A DNA stretch of 63,110 nucleotides, counting the filler, from Octopus bimaculoides (lineage: Eukaryota): NCBI RefSeq assembly GCF_001194135.2. It is 6 parts of 6 records of this genome, joined end to end, with 100 filler letters (N's around TTAATTAATTAA, not from the genome) between each part and the next. Parts side by side here need not be neighbours in the genome. Positions count along the whole stretch, not along the records: positions 1 to 31,491 come from NC_068998.1; 5 more parts are not named here. One strand, 5' to 3'. Every line of letters begins with the position of its first letter. Position 1 is the stretch's first letter. Positions 14,251 to 25,845 of the stretch are shown piece by piece. The notes below the pieces were generated by a model. It made no database searches. It saw nothing but the letters and a program-made list of their open reading frames with translations, and was not told the DNA's origin. The position numbers were made by a program, and so were the translations under genes.

Positions 14251-15303
14251 CTAGAGACTGGAAGGAGTAGAATTTGAACTCAAAGAGCTGAAAGATAGAG
14301 CACAATGTATCTTATCTGACAGTCTGAGTCTGCCAATCCACATGTGTCCTCCACCACTTGACTGCTACTTTATTTACATCAGAAAGGTGAAAGGCATTGT
14401 TGAACCTGGTGAGATTTGAACTGTGGATTCAAAAAGCCACGTGAGACCCTCCCACACTCACTCACACACACACACATACATAAAGAATCAAATGCTCTAA
14501 TAACTGCCAATCCACCCTCTTATTTCTATTTGATCTCAACCATTACATAAATATTACAGATTCTATACATATATTCCTCTTGTATACAAACAATTATGCT
14601 AAAGTACATTACTCACATGAGACTACCCCACCACCATCACTACCACCACTACTTCCACCCCCTTCCACCATGGTTGATGCTACACCTTACCATTTCACCA
14701 TTCCTTATATATTTTAGATCTTTTTGCTCTGAAATTATCAACCCGTATTATTTTCCTTTTCTTTTTAAAATTTTTTTAACTTTTTTTGTATTTTTACATC
14801 TGTAACTCTAAAAATACGCTTCCACATTCCAGCTAAATATTTTCATTTCTACCCCTATACTACCCCGACTCACACTCATTCCTTACCAGCTTCTCACATA
14901 ACAACCAACTATCACTTGCCACTCTATTCGCACCGATGCAGGCATAGACAGCAAACCCCCAGGGGACTTACATGCTAAAACAACCCACTCATAATTGGAA
15001 GACATCTTTTTGAGCTTAGAAACATATACCTCCTTCCAACATTTAATTAATTTGATGATAACTACCATTTAATTGCAATTATTTTGAAGAGTTTAACCAG
15101 TACTCAGATTTATTTCTAGATTATCCACTTCAAATTGGTAAATATATTCTTCATCAGTCAATGTCTTTTATTACCAATTCCTTTAATTAACGCTATCAAA
15201 ATTATTAACACTCAGCTCAATCTGGAGAACATCATCATACAGAGAGGATCCTTATATCAATTAAAGATTCATTAAGCTATTAATTAATATTACAGTCACT
15301 TTC

Positions 15304-15440
15304 AGGTGGTGACCTGGCAGAATTGTTAGCATGCCAAACAAAATGCTAAGTAACATTTCAGCCATCTTTGCATTCTGCGTTCAAACTCTGCCGAGGTTGA
15401 CTTTGCCTTTCATCCTATCAAGATCGATGAAAATCATTAT
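15304..15440 (+). mobile_element. SINE family B, 5' part
   Basis: ggtgacctggcagaattgttagcatgccaaacaaaatgct...gttcaaactctgccgaggttgactttgcctttcatcc. Confidence 0.8.
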
Positions 15441-15441
15441 A

Positions 15442-15801
15442 ATTACCTCTGCCTTCGCTAAGGCGGAGGTATTGTTTGTTTGTTTGTTTGTCCGTGAACA
15501 AGATATCTCAAGAACTGCCGGATAGATTCGGATGAAATTTTCAAGGATGTTTGGCTTCGTGACTGGCACGAACTGATTAGATTCTGGGATCGATCTGGTA
15601 TGGGACAAGGATTCTGGATTATTTTTCTTGTTTTTTTTACTTAATTTTTGAGCGTGGTTGGGTTCATTTTTAGTATTCTCGTTTGTGAGAGAATTTGAGA
15701 TTATTTCAGATATTCTCATTTCAAAAATCATCTCTGGCTAATCATTGAGAGGACATTGGTATTGCCTTGGCAGAAGTTTGCACTCTCTGAGTACTCTTGT
15801 T
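15442..15801 (+). mobile_element. Helentron-associated non-autonomous element (HINE/DINE-1-like)
   Basis: 5' attacctctgcc..aaggcggaggt palindrome, (GTTT)n, 3' subterminal inverted repeat ggcagaagt followed by hairpin cactctctgagt and a T-rich end. Confidence 0.65.
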
Positions 15802-15825
15802 ATTATTATTATTATTATTATTATT

Positions 15826-16027
15826 AAGGGAGCGAGCTGGTAGAATTGTTAGTATGTTAGGCAAAATGCTTGGTTGCATTTTGTTTGTCTTTACATTCTG
15901 AGTTCAAATTCCATCAAGGTTGATTTTGCCTTCATCCTTTAGGGGTCAGTAAAATGCACTAGGGATGGTATAATCGATTCCCCCCTTCCTTCAAACTTCC
16001 AGGCATTGTGCCTACAGTAGAAAGAAA
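15826..16027 (+). mobile_element. SINE family B, full length, tail type 2
   Basis: aagggagcgagctggtagaattgttag...ggcattgtgcctacagtagaaagaa. Confidence 0.8.
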
Positions 16028-16047
16028 CATTACAATCAAATTTAGTT

Positions 16048-16260
16048 GGTGAGCTGGCAGAATCATTAGCATGTCAAACAAAATGCTTAGCAACAGTTTG
16101 TTTGTCTTTACATTCTGAGTTCAAGTTCTGCTGAGGTCAGCTTTGCCTTTTTGTCATTTTGGGGTCGATAAAATAAGTGCCAGTTGAGCACTGTGGTCGA
16201 TGTAATCAATTTATGCTTTCACTTGAAATTGCTGGCCTTGTGCCAAAATTTTAAAACCTA
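16048..16260 (+). mobile_element. SINE family B
   Basis: ggtgagctggcagaatcattagc...gctggccttgtgccaaaattttaaaacc. Confidence 0.8.
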
Positions 16261-16320
16261 TATTACAGTCAATTAATTTCACTGGTATTTATAATTTGCT
16301 ATACAAATAAGTTCAATCAT

Positions 16321-16686
16321 GATTGTGTGGTAAGAAGCTTGCTTCCCAACCCCATGATTCTTAGTTTAGTCTCACTGTCTGGCACCTTGGACAAGTGTCT
16401 CCTATCATAGCCTCCGGCGACCAAAGTCTTGTGAGTGAATTTGTACATGGAAACTGAAAGAAGCCTGCCGTACATGTATGTGTGTGTGTGCTCATATTGA
16501 TCTCTCAATACCACTTGATAACCAATGTCGATGTATTTATGTCTCTATAACTTAGCAGTTTGGCAAAAATGACTGACAGAATAAGTACCAGGCTTAAAAA
16601 ATAAGAACTGAGGCTAATTCGTTAGACTAAAATTCTTTTAGGCAGTGCCCCAGCATGACCTCAGTCTAACGACTGAAACAAGTATT
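16321..16686 (+). mobile_element. SINE family A, full length, diverged
   Basis: tgtgtggtaagaagcttgcttcccaacc head through gactgaaacaagta tail; further family A heads at 16705-16875 and 17117-17285. Confidence 0.8.
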
Positions 16687-17320
16687 TGGTAAAAGAGTTT
16701 TGGTGCAGGTGTGGGTAAAAAAATCTGTTTCCCAACTACAAGGTCCTGGGTTCAATCCCACTGCATAGTACCTTGGGCAAGTGTCTTCTACTATAACCCA
16801 AGGCTGACCAAAGCCTTGTTAATGGATTTGATAGAAGGAAACTGAAAGAAGTCTGTTGTATATATATGTGTGAGTAGAAATGTCTAAATGCTAATGTCTC
16901 TTTGCTTTCATGTGCTGTGCTTCTTGTAAATGAATTTCTTTCGATGCCAATATTCTGTAAAAACATGTCAGGTCAAGGAGGAGTGTTACCTAGCTTGGGA
17001 AACAGGCTAGGGTTAGAAACAGGAATGGCATCTGGCTGTAGAAAACCTGCCTCAACAAATTCCATCTCACCCACACCACCATAGAAAAGTGGACATTAAT
17101 ACGATGAGGATGATGTGTGGTAAGAAATTTGTTTTCCAGCCACATGATTTTAGGTTCAATCCTACTGCATGTCACCTTCCACAAGAGTATTCTACTATAG
17201 CCTTGGGTCAAAAATAAAGCTGTTTGGGTAGATTTGAGTGATGGAAACTGAAAGAAGCCTGTCAAATATATATATATGTGTTTTCTGTGATGATTTGATG
17301 AGCAGTGCCATGTTTTTTAA

Positions 17321-17677
17321 CCCATTTGCATTTAAACTGAACATATCCGGCCCAAATATTCTACCTGTTTCATGTTGGAACTGGCTAGATCCAGCCTTTT
17401 GCACCTATCCTACAATGTTATTTTATAACTGAACAGTCATATCATCAAAATCTCAAAGCTATGAGACAATGCTTGATTAATACAAAAGGAAGTGAATATG
17501 TAAGAATTATACTTGAAGGGGAAATCTGAATACTCATTGCTTCAACATTTCCATGATGCGATTGCATGTTCTTAAAACGGCATTGTGGAGTAGGTGTGAG
17601 AAGCTGGATATGGCTGGTTTGATCATAAAGCAGATAGCATATTTGGGCCAGATATGGCCAGTTTGAATGCGCGAGGG
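17321..17677. mobile_element. piggyBac-type MITE
   Basis: TTAA|CCC...GGG|TTAA (TTAA at 17317-17320 and 17678-17681); imperfect inverted arms of ~110 bp; partial second copy at 30871-31030. Confidence 0.75.
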
Positions 17678-18126
17678 TTAAATGTCACCACTACCACCAC
17701 CACTACTGATGATGACGATGACAACAATAATGACGACGATACACATACATGATGCGAAGGCATATGGTGTTGTGGTAAGGGTGTTATAAATAGGCCTCAA
17801 TGTGTCTTTTTATTGTCTCTCGTCAATGCACAGAGCTAGCGCTCAGCTAACAAATTTACATTTTATGTAAATGTCAAAATAAAACTAAGATAAGTTTTAT
17901 AATTCAATAATTCTGTAATTTATAATAAAAATAAATGCTGGTTGTTTGAATGAATGGTAATGGGTATCTTGGAGTAAACAATAGCAAAGATTTCAGTTTT
18001 TAACTGTTATTGTTGTCATAAATATACACACACTTTACATACATACATACATACATATATGTATGTATATAAGCATATACATACACACATATGTGCATGA
18101 GAGTATGTGCATACATGCATATATAC

Positions 18127-18161
<35 letters not shown>

Positions 18162-18678
18162 ATATACATACACACATATATGTGCATACATGCATATATA
18201 CATACACGGGTATTTATGCTTATGCTATTGTGCACATATACATTTAAATAGATGGCCAGATAAGAAGTTTGTTCTTTATATAACTATGTGATTTAAAAGA
18301 TTAAGGGAACATACCATACACTGGATCAGACATTAAGAAGAAAATCAAAAATTATGAAGTATGATATATTTGCTTAATGGAATATAATGTGAAAAATTTC
18401 ACAGAGTTCTTGGAAGTAGAAAATGGTAAGATTATATTACAATATTTAAAGTACATGACATATAATGTTTAAACACACACACACACATATACATAAATAA
18501 ACGCTTATGTTTATAAACATATATATGCATATAAGTAACTTTATACAGGTTTATGCATACACATATACATGAATATAAATGTGCTTATATATGTAAATAA
18601 AGATATGTTTATATGAACATATTCATAACAATTATATGTTTATGCAATTTTCGATGTATATACAAAAATATACATGTT

Positions 18679-18724
<46 letters not shown>

Positions 18725-19065
18725 AGCACACAAATAAATACATACATGAGCACACACATAAATCTATACATATGATAATGCAGATATATATAGATTTGTA
18801 TACATTATATTTTTATGTGCATAGACTTAGATATACAAATGTTTATGTAGAGATATATACATAGATATATATAACCGTTTATAGACACACACGTACATAA
18901 CTATACACATCTGTTTATACATACATGCATGTATATTTATCAAATTGATAAGATGGAGTAGTGACAGTGAAATGTTGGCTTAGAATGAATTTTAAAATTT
19001 TATGAAATTAATTCACAGTCTGATAACTTAGAGAAGTAACAGGTAAAAGCTAAACTCACATACTA

Positions 19066-19101
<36 letters not shown>

Positions 19102-19119
19102 ACTTGTAAGTAGGTATAT

Positions 19120-19310
19120 ATGTGTATAAAGACAAAGGACACAGGTGTGGCTGGGTAGGAAGAAATTTGCTTCCCAACCAAATATTCTTGTGTTCAGGTT
19201 TACTGCATGGTACCTTAGACAAGCATTTTCTATTGCCCTCAAGACTGATCAGAACCCTGTGAGTGGATTTGGTAGAATGAAAATGAAAGGGGCCAATTGA
19301 AAAATATATA
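19120..19310 (-). mobile_element. SINE family A head
   Basis: Family A head sequence next to (TG)n. Confidence 0.55.
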
Positions 19311-19989
19311 TACATACATACATATATTTATATGTATACACACACACACACATTTATATATATATTTATATATTAGTTATTCTTTTTGTATTTTATTGAC
19401 TTTTAGAATAAGGTTTTTGTGATATATTTGTTTTCTGGAGGGTATGAGTTGAATTCTTCTTTGTTGAATTATTCAATAGTGGTTTTTCTTTAAATGATAT
19501 ATATATATGTGAACGTTGCCAGTGCTAAAAACAACGTTCAAGCGTGGTCATTGCCAGTGACGCCAGACTGGCACCCATGCAAGTAGCATGTAAAAAACAA
19601 CTCTCTTAAGTATGAAATAGTCTGGTTTTGGAAAAAGAAAAAAGGTGAAGATAGTGTCAATTGGAATATTGTGCCCAGCAGAACTGTTACAAAAGGCTTG
19701 TCATCTTGGCATGGCCAGAATAATCTGGAAAGTATTAGAAAGCTGAAAAGAACGGATAGCATGGTATCATAGGTTGCAGATAGTAAGCCTGCTACACATG
19801 CAAGACTCCAGGAGTTCCAATAAAACCTGTGATAAAAAGAAATGAAAATAACAATGATAATGATAATAATTATAAGGGGTCTATAGTTATATATATATGT
19901 TAAGATAAAATCTAGTTTTAGAATTCAGAATTATAAACATGTTGATAATATTAATATTAAGAAAACTGGCCTTGAGTCAAAATTTGAAA

Positions 19990-20800
19990 CAATATTAATC
20001 TTCAGAAAGTAAGTATGGGAAATTATTTAATCACCATAGAGTAAAATTATCATATTCAGCCACCAAAAATTTGACTGAAATTTTACCTTTTACTAAGGAA
20101 AAATTAGTCAGTGTCTCAACTCAAAATTAGCAAAATGAGTAAAATCAATAATATGAATTATGAAATTAATTCTAATAATAATTTTCCTGAACTAGATTTT
20201 GATACTTTAGGTAAAAATAATTCTGGTTGTGAAATTGATACCTTTAAGATAACACCTAGTAATAACATTGATTATAATACAGCTAATGATATCCTATTTT
20301 AACACCTACTTGTGAGAAGAGAACGAAAAATAATTCCTGTAACCATGAGTACTACATACAAGTGAATAAATGTCTTTGTAGTTTCAAAAGCAAAGTTATC
20401 TGTACTTTAGAAAAAGAGTATTTAAGTAAGAATATGGTGTATCAATGTAAGGTCATTACAGGGAAACATATGTATTATTACATAATTTTACTGTGGCAAT
20501 TTGGAAAGCTTAGTTTACATAACCATTCTTCTTCATTTAATTTCAGAAGAAAATATAATTCTATAAATCTAAGTAAATGTATTTGGGATTTAAAAGACAG
20601 GAATATTAACTATAACACAAAGTGGTCCATTATTAGTTATGCACCATCATTAAATACTGGTAATTCTAAATGTGATCTTTACCTTGAGGAAATGTATTAT
20701 ATAATTACTTCAAAATTAGAATCATTGAATGGTACAAATAATTTTACATTGAAATATTCTCATAAGTATAAAAAAAAACATTTAAATATTCCAATAATAA
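19990..20800 (+). mobile_element. Decayed Penelope-like element: linker plus GIY-YIG endonuclease (Neptune-like)
   Basis: GKLFNHHRVKLSYSATKNL at ~20020-20075; ORF 20362-20838 contains VYQCKV, NHSSSF, NSINLSKCIWDLKDRNINYNTKWSII and SKCDLYLEEMYYII, typical of the PLE GIY-YIG C-terminal domain. Confidence 0.8.
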
Positions 20801-21252
20801 ATAACCCATTAATTATAATTGCTTTTCCTTTAATCTAATATGCATAATTTTTCTAAAACATTTTTAGTAGATTTAATAGATAGATAATTGTTGTGACTTA
20901 AAATTTCTGTTTATTTTTTATTCCTTCATTATCTACTGACGTCATCAAAAGTTAAATACTAAACTGGCTCTTCTTAGAATATCATATTTCTTCTTTAACA
21001 TTCTTTTTGTACGTGTTCGTCTATTGGAAATATTTTCTCAGTTCACTTTGACATTGAATTTAACCCATTTTTTGATTGTCTTGATAATGCTGCGTTAGCA
21101 TATGTTTTTGGATATATTAATTTGAATGGTATTTTATACCATTTTCCTGCATCTAAATATGCTAGTAAAATAGAAATAATCATTGGTAATGTACAGTGTT
21201 ACCACCAATTAAAGATATGGCTTTATGGTTTTCTCCATTTTTGTTCTTGTTG

Positions 21253-21306
<54 letters not shown>

Positions 21307-21630
21307 AAATTCTTACAGATGTAGGGTAAAAATTAGTAATTAATTAATAATTAGTAATTTTACCAAGTAGTTCATTGTGTTTAAAAACCATTATCGGTAA
21401 AACTTATATAAACATAATTAAAATTAGGGTTCATCAAGAATTGCTTCACCACATATCAAAGCCGGGTGAATTCGTTATTTTTTCGTTTTTGCCTTTGTAG
21501 TTGTGAGTATTTGTCTGTCTGGGAGTTATATTTTGGTAGAGAAATAGTAATTTTGACTGCTATTTCTAACTTTCGGTGTGTGGCGAAGGAATTCTTGCTG
21601 AACCCTAATGTTAATTATATATATATAAAT

Positions 21631-21934
21631 TTAGGGAATGGAGCAGGTAAAATCCAGGCTACATATGTTTCCTAGCGAGCAGAAAACCTCAGAAGAAGTA
21701 ATTACCCAAACTAGCGGTACTCTGCTAGCTACTCGTCAGGCTAAACATACCTTGGTCAAATAAAGGTTACATTGTCATCAAGAGATCCTAAGTTAACTCG
21801 TAGGAGATTTGATCGTAAATGAATGGAAAGCATTTTTGATCAAATATCGTGCAAGTTAACTAGAGATTCCTTGATGACAATATAACCTTCATTTGAACGA
21901 GGTATCTTTGCCTGATGAATAGCTTGCAGAGTAC
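21631..21934 (-). mobile_element. Putative PLE pseudo-LTR with hammerhead-like motif (HHR family 2) and ~100-bp inverted duplication
   Basis: Minus strand 21746-21655: CTGACGA g TAGCTAGCAGA...TCTGCTCGCTA g GAAAC ATAT GTA; inverted repeat 21717-21814 / 21838-21934; second partial copy at 25761-25845. Confidence 0.5.
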
Positions 21935-21974
21935 TCCTTGTTTAGGTTATATGTATGTATGTATGTATGTATGT

Positions 21975-22372
21975 ACGGCAAGCATTGTTCTCTTTCTGTC
22001 TACCAAATCCACTCACAAGGCTTTAGTTGGCCCGAGGCTATAGTAGAAGACACTTTCCCAAGGTGCCACACAGCAGGACTGAACCCGGAACCATGTGGTT
22101 GAGAAGCAAGCTTCTTATTTCTTTATTGCCCAAAAGGGGCTAAACATAGATGGGACAAACAAGGACAGACAAAGGGATTAAGTTGATTACATCGACCCAA
22201 GTGTGTAACTGTTATTTAATTTATCAACCCCGAAAGGATGAAAGGCAAAGTCGACCTCGGCGGAATTTTAACTCAGAACATAACAGCAGACGAAATACTG
22301 CTAAGCATTTCGCCCCGCGTGCTAACGTTTCTGCCAGCTCACCGCAAGCTTCTTAACACACAGGAATGCCTG
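21975..22372 (-). mobile_element. SINE family A head interrupted by a family B SINE
   Basis: Family A sequence stops at 22117 and resumes at 22356. Confidence 0.8.
22118..22343 (-). mobile_element. SINE family B, full length, tail type 1, 12-bp TSD
   Basis: TSD gcaagcttctta at 22106-22117 and 22344-22355. Confidence 0.9.
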
Positions 22373-23084
22373 CTTAAAATAATAGCTAAATATTCATTCC
22401 ACACCATATCATCTTAATAAAGGAAAGACACATTATATAATTTAGTCTTACTAACACCATTCCCAGAAAAATAAGAGAGGGTGGTCACAGGTGTTTGTAT
22501 ATCTTCTGGATCATAACTTGATCTGAGAGTTCATGACAGCAACATGAATGAAAGCAATAACAACATAACCAACCCAAACTGATTGATGAAATGTAGGCTA
22601 AGGTACGAAATGTCTAGAAATTGTAAAATAAATGTGATGGTCATGGTATGAATGTCTTTTCTCACAAGTTTGTTTGATTAGAGCTTAACTAAGGCTACCA
22701 CCACCACAACAACAACAACAACTGCTACTACTATTACTACTACAGGTTAGAAATGAAACGACCAAGAATTTCTTGATTCCTTTTTTGTTAATTCAAGCTT
22801 CAAACAAAAGCAATACATGGTTTGACATTAAAGCATCATTTACAGAATTCCTTTGCTTCTAAGTGCTTGCAGATTTTGGTGTTGGATTTATTCTTCCTTT
22901 CATTTCTAGAAAGACATGCACACACACATGCAAATGCATGTTACACACAAATGCATGCGCAATACATATGTTTAGATGCACATGTTATTCAAGCCTATTA
23001 AGTGGATTAAAGCTCCTCTTTTGTGTTTAATGAAACAAAACTTTGAAAACCCTGTGACTTTATTCTCGTCATGCATGCTTGAGT

Positions 23085-23690
23085 GTTAGGTGTGTAACTC
23101 TGTTTGGTATAGCAACATGAGGAATGAAATGGAAAAAGAAAATGGGAAGGAAGACAAAGGTGGTGGTGGTGGTGGTGCTGCTGTTGAGGGTGGGTGATGG
23201 TGGTGTTGATGATGATGTGGAGAAGGTGGAGGAGGAGGAGGAAAAAGGAGTTGCAATGATGATGGAAAAGATGATGATGATGATAAGGAGGGGAGGAGAA
23301 GGAGAGGAAGAGGAGGAGGTGGAAGAAAATAAAGAAGAAATGAAGAACTGGAGAAGAAAGGAGGAAATGAAAGAGAAAAAGAAGAGGAGGAAAATGGAGA
23401 AGAAATGAAGAATTGGAGAAGAAGAGGAGGAAATGCAAGAGAAGAAGAGCAAAAGAAATAGAAGAAAAAAATGAAGAACAGTCTGGGGAAATTAAGATGA
23501 TATGAGGAAGAAATAGAAAACAAGAACAATGAAAACAGAAGTGAAAAAGAAGAAAGGAAAATGAGAAGAAAATGATGAAAGTGAAGAAGAAAAGGAAGAC
23601 GAAAGTGCAAAGGAGAATGAAGACGAAAGTGAAGGGGATGAAAAACAAAAGTGATATAGATGCAATTGAAGCATGACAAGATGGTAATGG
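23085..23690. repeat. Purine-rich (GAA/GGA/GAT) low-complexity tract
   Basis: Degenerate trinucleotide repeats; strongly strand-biased. Confidence 0.85.
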
Positions 23691-23954
23691 GGGTTGCGGG
23701 GTGCGGGGTGCTAGCTGAAGTTACTGGAATGAAGAAATGGCAGCAGGTCGAAAGGTGTGAGCAAGGTTGACAGTATTGATCCCAATGAAAAGGTCACTTG
23801 ATCATTCCATGAATTGTAACGAGTAGTTTGTGAGAAATTGCTGTTGCCTTAATTGAGAGAACGAGGCAATAAAAACCATGCTAATAACGGCAATGAAGAA
23901 GCAGCAAAGATTTAATGATTGCTAGTGTGCATCTTGTGCATGTGTGCATGCGCA

Positions 23955-24174
23955 TCTGTCTGTGGTAAGAAGCTCGCGTCTCAACTACATGATTCCGGGT
24001 TCAGTGGCACGGCATGGCACCTTGGGCAAGTGCCTTTCGCTATAACACTGGGTGGACCAAAGCAGTAATAATTATTCTTTCTTCTCTAGGCACAAGGCCT
24101 TGAAAAGTTTTTGGGGAAAGGGGGGTGGGCTGGTCGCTTACATCGACCCTACTGAAAAGATGAAAGGCAAATAC

Positions 24175-24235
<61 letters not shown>

Positions 24236-24434
24236 AATACTTATATATATATATATATATATATATANNNNNNNNNNNNNNNNNNNNNNNNNNNNNNNNN
24301 NNNNNNNNNNNNNNNNNNNNNNNNNNNNNNNNNNNNNNNNNNNNNNNNNNNNNNNNNNNNNNNNNNNNNNNNNNNNNNNNNNNNNNNNNNNNNNNNNNNN
24401 NNNNNNNNNNNNNNNNNNNNNNNNNNNNNNNNNN

Positions 24435-24474
<40 letters not shown>

Positions 24475-24700
24475 TGTGTGTGTGTATATGTTTGTATGCC
24501 TGTGTTTGTCCCCCTAACATTGCTTGACAACCGATGGTGGTGTGTTTACGTCCCCCTAACTTTAGCAGTTTGGCAAAAAGAAACCGATAGAATAAGTACT
24601 AGGCTTACAAAAATAAGTCCTGGGGTCGATTTGCCCGACTGAAGGCAGTGCTCCAGCATGGCAGCAGTCAAATGACTGAAACAAGTAAAAGAATAAAGAG
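23955..24700 (+). mobile_element. SINE family A split by a family B tail fragment, microsatellite and gap
   Basis: Head 23955-24065; family B type-2 tail fragment (-) at ~24073-24170; family A 3' half 24470-24700. Confidence 0.7.
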
Positions 24701-25760
24701 TACATACACACACACACACATAAATACAGTATCTAACTAAGGCAATGTTTTCTTCTTTATGTTGTTTTGTGATATGTCGATGTAACTTGGAAACTTGACA
24801 TATAGAAATTAATAATGGTAAGTTCCTGATTGAGATAAGACTGAAAGAAGTTCCAAACATTTGAAAGGCTGCCCCAGCCTGGCCACTGTCCAATGACAGA
24901 AACAAGTAGCAAAAGATTAAAGGAATGAATGAATGTGTGTGTTTGCATATATGAGTAAATGCATGTGTATATGTATGTAAATATGAATATATTTACATAT
25001 ATACACATATATATATGAATATATATATCATATCATATATTCATAAATATATATGTATAAATGTATATAGATATATGTATATATCTATACGTGCATAAAG
25101 GCATACATATACGTACATACACACACACACATATATATTATTGATATATGTATGTATGTATATATGTATGTATATCATATAAACATTAGATCTTTGATTA
25201 GCACCTTACATCAAATGGTGAGATGAAGACAAATAAATTATTACCGCTATCATTACCGTGCTACCATAATGAATTATTTCATTACCTTCTATGTGAAGAA
25301 TTTCCTTTGGTGAGCGACAACACCTCTCATTCACACACACACACACACATACACTTGTGCTCATATGCAATAATGCACACACTGTTTGAACTTCGGAAAC
25401 ACATCAATTGCCATAATTTCATCTTTTAATGTGGAATGTGGAAAGAACTTTGCTTCCCAAACTCATGGTTCCACTTTCAGTCCTATTCCGTGGCACATTG
25501 GACCAGTGTCTCCCACTAATGCCATTGTATATATGTATTTATATGAATGTAAAGGTGAGAACCAAAGATCCAGGAAAAGGAAGTTAACGAGCTTCCCGTA
25601 ATCCATAGAAACCCACTTTCAGAAACTGTAGTGGTTGATTGATGTAGAAGGTTGTAAATATTTCCCATATGGAAGTTCGATAAGCAGAAAAAAGTTATTT
25701 TATAGTTCCCTGTTAGCAACAGAGATTTCAGTGTATGAGAATAAAAATCCAAATTTGGGA

Positions 25761-25845
25761 TTAGGGAATGGTGGAGGTAAAATCCAGACTACATATGTAT
25801 CCTAGCTAGCAGAAACTTGGAAGTAGTAATTACCCAAACGAGGGG
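25761..25845 (-). mobile_element. Second partial copy of the HHR family 2 element
   Basis: ttagggaatggtggaggtaaaatccagactacatatgtatcctagctagcagaaac...gtaattacccaaac matches 21631-21712; followed by a family A tail at 25853. Confidence 0.65.

Noticed and set aside
23007-23679. E/K-rich and F/L/S-rich ORFs up to 213 aa
   Set aside because: Degenerate purine trinucleotide tract with no domain or splice evidence.
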